Part shown: in pieces, positions 37,815 through 48,035 of the stretch | Layout of the letters: each line of letters opens with the position of its first letter | Position numbering within the stretch: position 1 is the first letter of the stretch | Translations under genes and position numbers: made by a program | Virus record (IMG/VR): IMGVR_UViG_3300025098_000014 | DNA: 64,000 nucleotides | Direction: 5' to 3' (one strand) | Source of the DNA: a virus | Notes under the pieces: generated by a model | Seen by the model: only the letters and a program-made list of their open reading frames with translations | Databases searched by the model: none | Told to the model about the DNA's origin: nothing

Positions 37815-38858
37815 TTACTTCATCCCAAGGGCTTTCAAATACTGGGTCATTGAAGCAGATGCCTCAACACCAGTCTCTGAGGTCACGCCCTCAGACAGTG
37901 TTTCCACTTTATTAGAAACTGACCTTTGCTCACTGGGGAAATACGATTCCTTCAGTGTAACCAGCTTCTCACGATAAGATTCTTCACCCTCAAACTCAAC
38001 ACCTTCAGACAGTGCGACCAGTTTTTCTCTTTGTGTAACAGCAAGTCCCTCGGTTACTTCACGGAAAATTCCATCAGCTGTAGATTCGCCAAGGCGCTTG
38101 TTAAGAAAAATGTTAGCTTCGATCTGTTCGTTAAGTCTGCCTTCCATTTCATCTAGCTTGGAGACCATACTCTCCAAAACATCATATTTGTCGTCAGCGA
38201 TTGTTACATAATGATCTTCAAATAGACTCTTCATTCCAGAAAGGAATGATTCAGTCATTTCGGTCTTAAGACCGTGCTCTACTTCGATCTTGTTCTCGGA
38301 GATCCACTCTTCTGAAACATACTCAAGGTATGCATCAACGCGCTCTACAAGTTCAGACTTTACAGTCTCAAGATGCTCAGTCAAAGATGCTTCATATTGT
38401 GCAGCCATTTCTTCTTGAACTTCAGTTACTTTAGCAGTAACTACAGCCTCAAAAATAGTGCGTGCTTTTACTTGAAACTCTTCAGAAAGTTCTTCACCAC
38501 CAAAAAGGGCAGAAAGATCTTCTTCAATATCAACAGCAGGAGCTGCTGCTTCAGTGGACTCATCTTCAGCTACAACCTCTTGCTCACCTTCTACTTCGGC
38601 GGTATCGCCAGCAGAAAGACTTTGCATAGGCTCAGCAGCTTTAGCGCCACGAGTTACGACATCTTTAACAGTTTTAACTTTGGGTTCTGCGAGTTTCGCT
38701 GAATCATCGTCAGCCTTGTAGTTCTCGGGGGTAGGCCCACCAAGATCTTCTACAGCAGCTAAACCAGTTCCAGGATCAGACAACTTAGGCATAGCCTCAG
38801 CGCCTTTCGCACCCCTTGTTACGGGATTTTCCATTTCTTGTAATTCCTTAGCGGACAT
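37815..38858 (-). CDS. g22: Prohead core scaffold gp22
   Basis: LSEEF..KARTIFEA, VDAYLEYV, acidic helical protein upstream of g23. Confidence 0.93.
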   Translation of the reverse strand: MSAKELQEMENPVTRGAKGAEAMPKLSDPGTGLAAVEDLGGPTPENYKADDDSAKLAEPKVKTVKDVVTRGAKAAEPMQSLSAGDTAEVEGEQEVVAEDESTEAAAPAVDIEEDLSALFGGEELSEEFQVKARTIFEAVVTAKVTEVQEEMAAQYEASLTEHLETVKSELVERVDAYLEYVSEEWISENKIEVEHGLKTEMTESFLSGMKSLFEDHYVTIADDKYDVLESMVSKLDEMEGRLNEQIEANIFLNKRLGESTADGIFREVTEGLAVTQREKLVALSEGVEFEGEESYREKLVTLKESYFPSEQRSVSNKVETLSEGVTSETGVEASASMTQYLKALGMK

Positions 38859-38903
38859 TGGTGAACTCTCCGATTAGATCGATTTTTAGATATAATCTAT
38901 ATT

Positions 38904-38911
38904 TATTTATA
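38904..38911 (-). promoter_or_regulatory. T4-type late promoter for g22/g23
   Basis: Exact TATAAATA, intergenic. Confidence 0.82.
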
Positions 38912-38913
38912 AA

Positions 38914-39564
38914 TCAAAGACTTGACAGGAACTTGTTGAACAATGCCAACTTGTTCTCCTGCAATGCTCTTTCATCTACTAGGGTATTAATTTGCTTGTA
39001 TGTCTTCTCCACGAGTTTTTCGCGGACAATACTACCATCCATTACCCAATCTTTTCCTTCCATAATTCCTGATACAAATGCATCAGGTGCGGAGGGGTCT
39101 GCTACAATATCAGCAGCAGTTGCAAGCATAAAATCGTTAGAAACGATCTTAATACCATTCTCATTTACTGCTAAAGTTCCAAGACCACGGGAAGAAACTC
39201 CCAACTTGACACCTTCATCGATAAGATTTTGTGCAATCTTACCCATAGGGGTGTTGAGAATTTTAGCCTTACCTACAAAATTAGTTCCCTCTTCTCTGAG
39301 AGATGTAATTTTATGAGATACGCGATCCAGGTTGAGTGTAGGTCCTTCAGGATGTCCAAGTTCTCCAAGAGCTCTGCCTTTACCGACAAAACTTTCGTTG
39401 TAACGACTGACTTCTCTGCGGAGAGTTTCCATAGGATACATCCGACCATTACGGTTCTGGATATCACCCTGTAGGAAAACTCCCTCAATATACATTGATT
39501 TCACGCCCTTGCGCTCTTCAACGATAACTTCAACCTGTTCGATTTCTTCCGTGATGAGTTTCAT
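38914..39564 (-). CDS. g21: Prohead protease gp21
   Basis: MKLITE, NRNGRMYP, ALGELGHP, GVSSRGLG, DIVADPSAPDA; start reassigned to 39564. Confidence 0.96.
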   Translation of the reverse strand: MKLITEEIEQVEVIVEERKGVKSMYIEGVFLQGDIQNRNGRMYPMETLRREVSRYNESFVGKGRALGELGHPEGPTLNLDRVSHKITSLREEGTNFVGKAKILNTPMGKIAQNLIDEGVKLGVSSRGLGTLAVNENGIKIVSNDFMLATAADIVADPSAPDAFVSGIMEGKDWVMDGSIVREKLVEKTYKQINTLVDERALQENKLALFNKFLSSL

Positions 39565-39569
39565 TTTTT

Positions 39570-39839
39570 TTATGCGGTAAATCCTACTTTTGCACCAAGT
39601 ACTGCTGCATCTGCAGCAAATACACAATGTGAATATTGTTTCTCAATAATTTCTACAGAATTACCTGGAAGAGTCATTGAACCTACAACAGATCCACTTT
39701 GAGTTTCTACTACAGTAACTAAATGTGCTTGATTGGAATCATTTACAAGTCTGACTGCAGATGCCTGAGAGAAACTAGTAGCAGTACCACTTGTTGTGGG
39801 CAGAGCTGCCTCTGCACCTTTTAGTAATGTTCTTGCCAT
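39570..39839 (-). CDS. Hypothetical protein in the head cluster
   Basis: 89-aa ORF between g20 and g21. Confidence 0.8.
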   Translation of the reverse strand: MARTLLKGAEAALPTTSGTATSFSQASAVRLVNDSNQAHLVTVVETQSGSVVGSMTLPGNSVEIIEKQYSHCVFAADAAVLGAKVGFTA

Positions 39840-40009
39840 TATTCTGAATCCTCAGTTTCTTGAGTGGGTTCTCCAAACAAAGATGCAGCAGAAGCTGGAC
39901 GCATTACATCCACTCTAGTTGCAGCTTTCTGATAAAGGAGATCCTTGATCTGATCGCTGATATCCACAGCCGACGAATCCGTCGCAATCATATTAACTAG
40001 TTCTTCCAT
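39839..40009 (-). CDS. Small acidic protein (56 aa; not in ORF track), possible prohead core component
   Basis: MEELVNMIATDSSAVDISDQIKDLLYQKAA...; TAATG coupling; position after g20. Confidence 0.75.
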   Translation of the reverse strand: MEELVNMIATDSSAVDISDQIKDLLYQKAATRVDVMRPASAASLFGEPTQETEDSE

Positions 40010-40039
40010 TGATATAAATCAGAGATATAAAGTTATTTA

Positions 40040-41698
40040 TTAGATCTCCCCTTCTGATGCTTTTGGCAATTGAGGTTGCGGAGATTGACCTGGCAATGCA
40101 TTAGGATCTTCTTGTCCCTGCATCATTGGGTCTCCTGCTTCCATCTCAAGCATTTGTTGATTAGGATCAGGGAGAACTCCAGATGCAATTTCATCTTCAA
40201 TTTGTTGATCAATTTCAACAATTTCTTGATCTCTTTGACGAAGAACTTGACGGCGAATATACTCAGTAGAGTAGTAACGACCAGCATAAGGTTCAATCAT
40301 TGCAAGAAGTCCAAGACGACCTTCAAGTAATTCCTTATCCTTAAGTTCTGCAAAGTGATTATCATATAAAAAGTCAAACTGAATATGCTCAGACATTACT
40401 TCCCAATCTGAGGGAGTAATAACATTCTTAAGAAGTAACTGCGTCTTCAGCATATCCAGGAACATGGCACTAAAACGCTTCCGCAGACGACCAACAAACT
40501 TACTAAATTTAAGTTCGTCTCTCAGGATCTCACTAGAACGACCAAGATTAAAACCATCACCAGAACCAGCAATTCTAGATTCAGGTACACCTAAAGATCT
40601 GTAAAGTTTAGATTGGAAGTATTCAATATCAGCAAGTTCTCCTAGATTCTGACCACCAGGAAGTGTAGTAATTTCTGTACCACGACCACCCTCTCTTCTA
40701 GGAAGCCAGAAATCTTCTAGCATGCTCATCATTTTTTTGTCGTCACGAATCTCACCGCTGTTAGAATCATACACCAACTTATTACGATACCGCATCATAA
40801 CTTCACGAAGATATTGCTCCGCCTTTACCTTAGGAAGATTACCAACATCAATGTAAAAAATACGACGCTCTGGTGCGCGTGACAACCTATAGATGACAAG
40901 AGAATCTTCAATCATACGGAGTTGATTGAGAGATTTAATTGCTTTATGAAGATATGAAAGTCCTGATCCTTTGTTTCTATCTACAAGACCGGAAGTGCAA
41001 TATGTAATTGCATCTTTTGTAATTTTAACTCCCTTCATTGCAAGACTACCACCAGGAGCTGCAATATTTGTTGGGTACTGAGGTTTAGGAGTATACATGA
41101 AATACTCTTCAATCTCAGGGAAAGCTACTCTTTGCTCTTCTCTTTCACCTCTACTTGTAAAAATATCATTTCTATCGTTGGGTCCTTTCTTTTCTTTACG
41201 CACATAGCGCATTTTGAGAGGATCAATATACCTAAGTTCTTGAATACCTTCTTCAGGTTTTTGAAGATCAATTACTTTATTGTAATATAGTCTACCATCA
41301 ACATACCAATTTCTAAAAATTTCATGGGACTTAACATCAAAATCTAGCAAGTCTTTGATATGTTTAAATTCTTTACGGATGATATTTTTAATACCATCAC
41401 TAGCATGGAGATTCTCTAGATCAATCTCTACAGGAGAATCATTTTGATCAGAAACAATAGCTTCATTGACAACATCTTCAATAGCATTATCCACCTCTGG
41501 GTGGAGTGACATTTCTCTATATCTTCTAATTAGTTCGTGTTCTGATTTGTAGATACCTTCAATATCTACAACTTGACTAGAAAAACCCCCTTGGATATAA
41601 TAATCAGCCCCACCCTCACCTGTGGTGGGAATGGGACTGACTATACCCTTGGGGGTTTTTTCGTTGTCATCAATAGAAAATCCGAAGAGTTTCGCCAT
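40040..41698 (-). CDS. g20: Portal vertex protein gp20
   Basis: RAPERRIFYIDVGNLPK, EDFWLPRREGGRGTEITTLPGG. Confidence 0.98.
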   Translation of the reverse strand: MAKLFGFSIDDNEKTPKGIVSPIPTTGEGGADYYIQGGFSSQVVDIEGIYKSEHELIRRYREMSLHPEVDNAIEDVVNEAIVSDQNDSPVEIDLENLHASDGIKNIIRKEFKHIKDLLDFDVKSHEIFRNWYVDGRLYYNKVIDLQKPEEGIQELRYIDPLKMRYVRKEKKGPNDRNDIFTSRGEREEQRVAFPEIEEYFMYTPKPQYPTNIAAPGGSLAMKGVKITKDAITYCTSGLVDRNKGSGLSYLHKAIKSLNQLRMIEDSLVIYRLSRAPERRIFYIDVGNLPKVKAEQYLREVMMRYRNKLVYDSNSGEIRDDKKMMSMLEDFWLPRREGGRGTEITTLPGGQNLGELADIEYFQSKLYRSLGVPESRIAGSGDGFNLGRSSEILRDELKFSKFVGRLRKRFSAMFLDMLKTQLLLKNVITPSDWEVMSEHIQFDFLYDNHFAELKDKELLEGRLGLLAMIEPYAGRYYSTEYIRRQVLRQRDQEIVEIDQQIEDEIASGVLPDPNQQMLEMEAGDPMMQGQEDPNALPGQSPQPQLPKASEGEI

Positions 41699-41734
41699 TT
41701 TAAATATTTCGTCTTTGATATCAAAGACTATTTA

Positions 41735-42355
41735 TCAAGCGACATCTCCACCGTTTCCAGCAGCTTCCCACCATTGTACTTGGAGAGTAACTGTAAATTC
41801 CTCAGTTTGATCTGAAGAATCGTATGACAGATCTAGTTGAGAAATGTTTGTTGGGAATACACTGTAGAACTTATATGTTCTGAGAACAGGTAAATTCTGA
41901 TCAGATTCCTGAGAGTTAGGTGCTACTGAAGATCTACCAAGTTGGTTGACATATGCGTCTCTTGTATAATCTTCTGGATTAGTAGTACCAGAATTATCAG
42001 ATACTTTTGACATGGAGTTCATCCATCTCTCAAAAGAAGAGCGGAGAGCAAAGTCAGTATCATTGATAACGGTGATTGTCCACTCATCAAATGTTCTGTC
42101 ACCAGCAATTTTTAAAGTGCGACCTCTGAAAGGAACACTAATCGGTGCAATGTTTGATGCGGGAAGAGCAGCAGCTTTTACTAGAAATCTTGCCTTAGCG
42201 TCAAGATCATTTACTGAAGAGTCTACTACCCCATCAGGGAAAGCCAAGACCACTTCAAAAAGATTAGGTCTTGCAATACCGCCAGACAGTCTTGACTTAA
42301 ATTTGTCAATTGTCCTGTCTGCGGTCTTTGGGGGATTTTGTTGGTTGATAGCCAT
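41735..42355 (-). CDS. g19: Tail tube protein gp19
   Basis: ARPNLFEV, FRGRTLKIAGDRTFDEWTITVIND. Confidence 0.96.
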   Translation of the reverse strand: MAINQQNPPKTADRTIDKFKSRLSGGIARPNLFEVVLAFPDGVVDSSVNDLDAKARFLVKAAALPASNIAPISVPFRGRTLKIAGDRTFDEWTITVINDTDFALRSSFERWMNSMSKVSDNSGTTNPEDYTRDAYVNQLGRSSVAPNSQESDQNLPVLRTYKFYSVFPTNISQLDLSYDSSDQTEEFTVTLQVQWWEAAGNGGDVA

Positions 42356-42390
42356 TGGAATGTTTCTCCGTTGAGTTTATGGTAAGGCGA

Positions 42391-44757
42391 TCAAACTCGA
42401 CCAATAACTTCTTCAAAACTGACGCCCGTGCGTGTAGCAACGAATGTCAGACCGATGAAGTTAATCGACCTAGCAGGTTTGATGAAGATGTCAGCAACGA
42501 ATTCGTTGTTATCAATCACCGCAGCGGTGTTGTTTGTCTCATCGCAAATTACGACAAAATCGGTAACTCCTCTCTTAGATTGTACATCTCTGAGGAAAGG
42601 TTCGACAATGTTCAAGAAGTTGATTCTTGTAATTTCATCGTTGAATTCAAAAAGTTGATCTCTTGCAGCAGCTGAAATCGCTTTTTCTAGGAAGATGAAC
42701 AAACGGCGAACATTAATTCTATCGAAAGCGGAAGACTTGCCTAGAGCAGTCTTGTCACCGAATAAAACAATACCAGCTCCAGGTGAGAAGATTACTGGGT
42801 TAACTCTTGCGGAGTATAACTTGTCTCTTTCTACCTGTGAAGGATTATACGCAAGTTTTACAGCGTTGAGGATTGCGCCTCTTGTAGTACCACCTGGAGA
42901 GAACCAGGGGAAATTGTTGATGTCATTTCTAGCGCATAAGCCAGCGATGTCACCATTGAGTGGAACATAACGGAACGCTTTACTGAAGCGATCGTACATG
43001 TACTTGTAACCGCTATCAAGGATAGCGTAAGAAGATGAAGTGACTGAAGAGTAGAATGCAGTTACTGCAGAAGTAACAGTATCTGATTTGAGTGTTAAGT
43101 CTTCACCATCTCCAGATGTTGCTAAGAAGGCACCTCTGTATGGAGATATGCATGCAACACAATCTTTTCTTAATTCTGCAACTGCAATCAATTTGTTTGC
43201 AAGTGCTTGAGAAGCTTCTTTACCGTGAGCAGCAGATCCCATAATCAGGAAATCTAACTCAAAGGCATCTTTATTAGAAAGAAGATCGTAACCAGCAGAA
43301 AGATCTCCTACGCTTACTTTAAGCGCATTTTCACTTGAAATTCCAGTTGCGCCGCTGTAGTTAATTCCCTTTTCAAATGTTGCTTGATAGTTTCCGATAG
43401 AAGCAAAAGAAACATTCTCAGTGTCTTGATCCCATGCAACATCAGTCTTAGGATCAAAGTCTGCATCCAGGTCTGTTGTTACAACACCTGCAGGAGCTCC
43501 ACCACCAAATGCATACTGACTAGCAGTTTCAAGAAGTTTTCTCCAGTAAGAAGAAGAACCAGCAGAGTATGCGGAATCTTTTGCTTTAGATGCTGAGATA
43601 TACTTCTCAAGAAGTGTGCCAGCATTGCCAGTAATTTTACCAGCGTCGTCAATTAAAGCAACATGAACTTCATCGTTTTTGGCGCTTCTGGCCGCGGCGA
43701 ATGAAGAAGTACCGGGTCTATCTGCAAGGGAGTTCCAGGCAATAGTGCTTCCATTAGATAATGTAATACTCTGGTTATCGAACCAATCAGTGGCACCAGT
43801 GTAATCGATGTTACCATCATATGCAGCAGCTGCAACCCAGCGAGCATCTCCACTAGTAATACCTGCACCAGTCAGAGCCGTGAAGAAATCACTAGATGCA
43901 AAACTAGAACCGTAAGAAACTGTTCCTGATACCCAACCAAGTTTAGAAGAACCTACAGTGGACTGAACATGTAGTGAGAATGAACCACTATTCTGGAATT
44001 CATAAACTCCACCAGGAGAATACTCAACAGAAGTTTCTGTCCCAGCAGAACTGACATGCGATACAAGCTTAACTGAAACTTGATCAGAACCAACTTCTGT
44101 GATTACACCCTTAAGGTATCCATCAAGCAGTGAAGTAGCGCCAACACCAGCAACAACTGTTCCAGAAGGTACTGCCTGAGTAATACCCAGACCTACAGTC
44201 AGATCAATATCTGAAATACCATTTTCGTATCCGGCAACAGCAGCAAGACCACCATTAGCAGTAGACGAAAATCCAAGAATAGCAGAGGTATTAACACCTG
44301 TAATAATCTGATCTGCAAGACCGTCTAGGAGGGCAACCTTGATTCCATTTGCCCAGGAACCAGGGTTTCTAGCAGCAAGAACGACACCACTAATGTTGTC
44401 CTCAGAATATCCTTTGTTAATATAATCGTCTACACTCTTAATAGTGACACTGTTAGCAGCGCCAACAAAAGAGTTCTTGAGTCCTGTGTCGTTAGATCTA
44501 ACGACTCTCAGTACGCCACCATATGCGAGATACGATGAAGCTGTCAACCAATACTCGTAGTGGTTGCTGTCCTTATATGGCGAACCGAATGTCTCAAGGA
44601 GATCCGCTTCGGTTTCAATAAGTGTGGGTTTCTCGACTGGTCCTTTCGCAAAGGGAGCTACGAGACCTGCGGCCTTGGTAGATGTAGGATCTACTCTACC
44701 TTGGGTCAGGTCAACTTCCCTTACGACAATTCCAGGAGATGCTAGGTTAAGCGGCAT
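42391..44757 (-). CDS. g18: Tail sheath protein gp18
   Basis: SPGIVVREVD, WFSPGG, GDKT, FDRINVRRLF, KPARSINFI. Confidence 0.97.
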   Translation of the reverse strand: MPLNLASPGIVVREVDLTQGRVDPTSTKAAGLVAPFAKGPVEKPTLIETEADLLETFGSPYKDSNHYEYWLTASSYLAYGGVLRVVRSNDTGLKNSFVGAANSVTIKSVDDYINKGYSEDNISGVVLAARNPGSWANGIKVALLDGLADQIITGVNTSAILGFSSTANGGLAAVAGYENGISDIDLTVGLGITQAVPSGTVVAGVGATSLLDGYLKGVITEVGSDQVSVKLVSHVSSAGTETSVEYSPGGVYEFQNSGSFSLHVQSTVGSSKLGWVSGTVSYGSSFASSDFFTALTGAGITSGDARWVAAAAYDGNIDYTGATDWFDNQSITLSNGSTIAWNSLADRPGTSSFAAARSAKNDEVHVALIDDAGKITGNAGTLLEKYISASKAKDSAYSAGSSSYWRKLLETASQYAFGGGAPAGVVTTDLDADFDPKTDVAWDQDTENVSFASIGNYQATFEKGINYSGATGISSENALKVSVGDLSAGYDLLSNKDAFELDFLIMGSAAHGKEASQALANKLIAVAELRKDCVACISPYRGAFLATSGDGEDLTLKSDTVTSAVTAFYSSVTSSSYAILDSGYKYMYDRFSKAFRYVPLNGDIAGLCARNDINNFPWFSPGGTTRGAILNAVKLAYNPSQVERDKLYSARVNPVIFSPGAGIVLFGDKTALGKSSAFDRINVRRLFIFLEKAISAAARDQLFEFNDEITRINFLNIVEPFLRDVQSKRGVTDFVVICDETNNTAAVIDNNEFVADIFIKPARSINFIGLTFVATRTGVSFEEVIGRV

Positions 44758-44840
44758 CTTTAACTCCCAATAGAATCCAATATTTGTCTATAGATATTTA
44801 GAGTTTGGACCTTTTTGAGTGGGGAAACTGCTTATGAACA

Positions 44841-45071
44841 CTACCAATCTGGATATGACCACATGGTTTTTTTATCCTTTTTCTTTCGACTCATAACAAC
44901 TCTTTTCCCAGTGCAGATCTTACATTCATAGGAATATGCTGATGGTGAATCGCCTCTATCCTTATGAGTACGATAAAAATCATTCATCAAATCTTTTGTC
45001 TTACCACAGGATCTACATTTTCTTTCTATAAGATATAAGTGACTTAACCCAAATTCGTCATCTAACTCCAT
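44841..45071 (-). CDS. Small zinc-finger protein
   Basis: CRSC...ECKIC; coupled to the g17 stop. Confidence 0.75.
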   Translation of the reverse strand: MELDDEFGLSHLYLIERKCRSCGKTKDLMNDFYRTHKDRGDSPSAYSYECKICTGKRVVMSRKKKDKKTMWSYPDW

Positions 45072-46732
45072 TAATTGTAATCCCACATATATGACATATC
45101 TCCATATGTGGATGACATTTCTTTATCTACAGTCCATCTATCACCACCTTCCACAAATGTTTCATCGTCTAATCCGTCGCTAATAAATCCAAAAGGTGCC
45201 ATGTCTTGTTCGATTTGATCTTTCTGATCTTCATAGATTCTTTTACGAACATCATTGTCCGTCATCTCTCTAAAATAATCTTGAGCAACTAACCATGCAA
45301 AGATAACTAGACACATAGCTAAATCATCATGGCATCCATCCTCTGCCTCCCATGATTGTTTCTTCTGAATAAATGTTGTCAGTTCAGCAATAATATCATA
45401 ATCACTGGTTACTAGTTTATCTTCCTCTACCAATGCCTTTAGATTTGAGCAACCAGTCTTCTTTACAGCAGCGGTCATTCGGACACCCATCTGGGTTTTC
45501 TTACCACTAAAACCTGTACCTACTTGCTGACCTGCTCTACCTCTCATAGAGCACATCAGCATATTCTCATATTCTAGATCGTATTGTAAAATTGACGCAA
45601 CCTGCTCTCCAATATCGTTAACCTCAACCAATACATAGGCATTGTTATACGCCTTTGCCATATCCAAAATAATATTTGGGAATAGCATAGGTTTGATTTC
45701 ATTGTTCTTATATCTCGCTACAGTTTTATATGGGAACTCTGAAATATCAAAAATTACAAATGCAGAATAGTCATGATCAATGCCACGCGCAGTGTCAACA
45801 GTTACGATATAGTCACGGTCTTTCTTTGGTTCTTCATATACCACGAGGCCCTTTCCATTGTTCTGTATTGGGTCATCAAAAACAAGATTTCTTAACTTAG
45901 CAACACTAATGAGAGTATCAACAGATCCAAGGAATTCGCATTCAAACTCAACTTTAAATTGCTGCTCTGAAGTATTAGCAATAGTCTGTGCTTTCCATGC
46001 AGAATCTCTACCAGGTACTTCTGACCAGTGAACTTCTGTTGCAGTATATTCGTTTTTACCTCGTTGTGCGTTATGCCAATATCTATAGAAATGGTTCATG
46101 CCGTGAGGCGTTGAAACCATAATTACCTTTGTGCTTTTACCAGAAGTAATAGTAGGATAAACAGAGGCAAAGAACGACTCTGCAATATGGTTTGGAACGA
46201 ACGCAAACTCATCGAGGAAGATGATGTTAAACGACATACCTCGGACAGCACTTGCAGATGTAGATGCTGCCAATATCTTACTGCCATTCTCTAGCTCCAT
46301 ACTACCTTTGTTCCAGGATAGAATACCCTGTTGCATCCACTTTGGCAAGTTCTCGTATGCAGTTTGTAACCTACTAAGAAGTTCTCTTGCTGTTGCTGCT
46401 TTGTTTGCTAGAATGCCAACATTGACACTATCGTTAAAAACAATGTAATGTAGAAGATAAGATACGCAAGTTGTAGACTTACCAGTCTGTCTTGGCATCT
46501 TACAGATATTAAATCTATTCTCGTGAAAATTTTGAATTAGTTTCTCTTGAAAGGGCCACATTTTAAATGGCACCAAACCTTCATCAAGAGAAACAATTTT
46601 TACATAGTTCTTAGTAAAATATATTGGATCGTCTTTGCATCTCAACCACTCAAGAACTTGCTTCTGAGTAAATTGAATAGGAGTATTAGCTTTCTTTAGA
46701 TTAGGATTACCAAGATAGATATCTTCAGCCAT
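45071..46732 (-). CDS. g17: Terminase large subunit gp17
   Basis: YLGNPNLK, RQTGKST, LDEFAF, STPHG, HDDLAM. Confidence 0.98.
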   Translation of the reverse strand: MAEDIYLGNPNLKKANTPIQFTQKQVLEWLRCKDDPIYFTKNYVKIVSLDEGLVPFKMWPFQEKLIQNFHENRFNICKMPRQTGKSTTCVSYLLHYIVFNDSVNVGILANKAATARELLSRLQTAYENLPKWMQQGILSWNKGSMELENGSKILAASTSASAVRGMSFNIIFLDEFAFVPNHIAESFFASVYPTITSGKSTKVIMVSTPHGMNHFYRYWHNAQRGKNEYTATEVHWSEVPGRDSAWKAQTIANTSEQQFKVEFECEFLGSVDTLISVAKLRNLVFDDPIQNNGKGLVVYEEPKKDRDYIVTVDTARGIDHDYSAFVIFDISEFPYKTVARYKNNEIKPMLFPNIILDMAKAYNNAYVLVEVNDIGEQVASILQYDLEYENMLMCSMRGRAGQQVGTGFSGKKTQMGVRMTAAVKKTGCSNLKALVEEDKLVTSDYDIIAELTTFIQKKQSWEAEDGCHDDLAMCLVIFAWLVAQDYFREMTDNDVRKRIYEDQKDQIEQDMAPFGFISDGLDDETFVEGGDRWTVDKEMSSTYGDMSYMWDYN

Positions 46733-46863
46733 TATTCCTTAGATGCTATATTTAATATGTATGCAATATATCCTAGTGCTAATGCTGCAGCAAGAAATGT
46801 CAGAATAATTACCGACCATACGGGATCACTTGGGTGGTCTAGTGGACGCAGTAGTAAATTCAT
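46732..46863 (-). CDS. Small single-pass membrane protein (43 aa; not in ORF track)
   Basis: MNLLLRPLDHPSDPVWSVIILTFLAAALALGYIAYILNIASKE; TAATG coupling to g17. Confidence 0.7.
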   Translation of the reverse strand: MNLLLRPLDHPSDPVWSVIILTFLAAALALGYIAYILNIASKE

Positions 46864-47050
46864 TTTTTTTCTTCCAAAGTTCTAAAAAGTAACGATCAAC
46901 TTTATACAAATCACCTTGAGGTGGTTGATCTTCAATTTGAGACCATTCATTACATAATGATCTCATTTCCAAAGTAATGTGATCTGGACGAAACATTCTA
47001 CCAAAGGAAGACATGGCAAACGCATACCGCATTCTAATGCGCTGTTCCAT
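46826..47050 (-). CDS. Hypothetical protein
   Basis: Start reassigned to MEQRIRMRYAFAMSS because the upstream part overlaps ndhP. Confidence 0.7.
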   Translation of the reverse strand: MEQRIRMRYAFAMSSFGRMFRPDHITLEMRSLCNEWSQIEDQPPQGDLYKVDRYFLELWKKKNEFTTASTRPPK

Positions 47051-47165
47051 TTCCTGAGTAGGCGTCGGTTTCATAATAGTTATTTTCACCTTTTCTGTAC
47101 CCGAAATATGCGGTGGCACATATGAATGGTAGTGATCCGAAAAGTAGGACATGTGCTAAAGTCAT
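47034..47165 (-). CDS. ndhP: NdhP-like subunit of the NDH-1L complex (43 aa; not in ORF track)
   Basis: MTLAHVLLFGSLPFICATAYFGYRKGENNYYETDAYSGNGTAH: one TM helix plus the NdhP-type C-terminal Y.GNG(T/S)AH tail. Confidence 0.8.
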   Translation of the reverse strand: MTLAHVLLFGSLPFICATAYFGYRKGENNYYETDAYSGNGTAH

Positions 47166-47347
47166 TAAATTTTTTCCTCGTAGATTTTAATTAACTTTAT
47201 TGTCTGTTTTCTATCGCTACCACAAGGAGCATTCTTAAGACACATAAGAATTAATTCATCATCACTAATAGTGGGTTTAATAGTAAACCCCCACTTATCA
47301 ACTTCACCTTCTACAGGTGCTTCGCATGGATCAAACTCGTGTGGCAT
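47165..47347 (-). CDS. Small hypothetical protein
   Basis: MPHEFDPCEAP...DKWGFTIKP...CLKNAPCG. Confidence 0.7.
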   Translation of the reverse strand: MPHEFDPCEAPVEGEVDKWGFTIKPTISDDELILMCLKNAPCGSDRKQTIKLIKIYEEKI

Positions 47348-47807
47348 TACCTGGTGATAGCGATTGGAAAATTTTAGAACATACATTTACAGCATGGGGT
47401 GCTCCATATACTCCAGAGAAGATGTATGAGATACCTAACTTACTACAATACTTTTGAAGTTCCTGACATTTTGAAATGTCATTGGTGCTGTAATCAATAA
47501 CAATATCACCCTCCTCAAGTAATGGCAGCAACTCATCTAGGGTGTCTTCTGCTTTTTGTTCTGGACATGTCATCTGAAAAATACCAGGAATCCTACCAGC
47601 ACTAGTAAACTTCTTACTATCAGATTTAACTGCTTGAACAAGATACTCGATTGAAGTTACACACCCACTGATATGTCCTGCTTCATATTGTCCACAGGCA
47701 TTCTCATAGTTGGTACTACTGTAACCCCAGACTTCAATACCCTTTTCGATCATACGGCGGGCCATACCTTCACCAGTACGACCTAGACCAATCATTCCAA
47801 CTTTCAT
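47331..47807 (-). CDS. Truncated 6-phosphogluconate dehydrogenase-like protein (NAD(P)-binding domain only)
   Basis: MKVGMIGLGRTGEGMARRM, LLPLLEEGDIVID; only 158 aa, no helical catalytic domain. Confidence 0.8.
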   Translation of the reverse strand: MKVGMIGLGRTGEGMARRMIEKGIEVWGYSSTNYENACGQYEAGHISGCVTSIEYLVQAVKSDSKKFTSAGRIPGIFQMTCPEQKAEDTLDELLPLLEEGDIVIDYSTNDISKCQELQKYCSKLGISYIFSGVYGAPHAVNVCSKIFQSLSPGNATRV

Positions 47808-47811
47808 AATT

Positions 47812-48027
47812 TTACAGTGTAATTTTTAACCAAGGTAATATCGGAGGGATTACTCCAATGAGTCGAAGTAAACCCTCAGCAAAAAGTGCGAGAACAACCC
47901 AACCAACACACATACTAATAATTCCAGCGTTACGATTATGCTTTCGTATTGCATCGTCAATCATCTCCTGGCATTGTTTTTTAGTAATATAGTGAGGAGG
48001 TTTAATTTCAGTCATTCTGTGTGGCAC
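47812..48027 (-). CDS. Small membrane protein
   Basis: EMIDDAIRKHNRNA followed by a hydrophobic segment. Confidence 0.78.
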   Translation of the reverse strand: MPHRMTEIKPPHYITKKQCQEMIDDAIRKHNRNAGIISMCVGWVVLALFAEGLLRLIGVIPPILPWLKITL

Positions 48028-48035
48028 TGATTATT

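Noticed and set aside
38858-39316. 152-aa plus-strand ORF
   Set aside because: Antisense shadow of g21
44841-45071. Possible homing endonuclease next to g17
   Set aside because: Only a short Zn-finger; no HNH, GIY-YIG or EndoVII catalytic region
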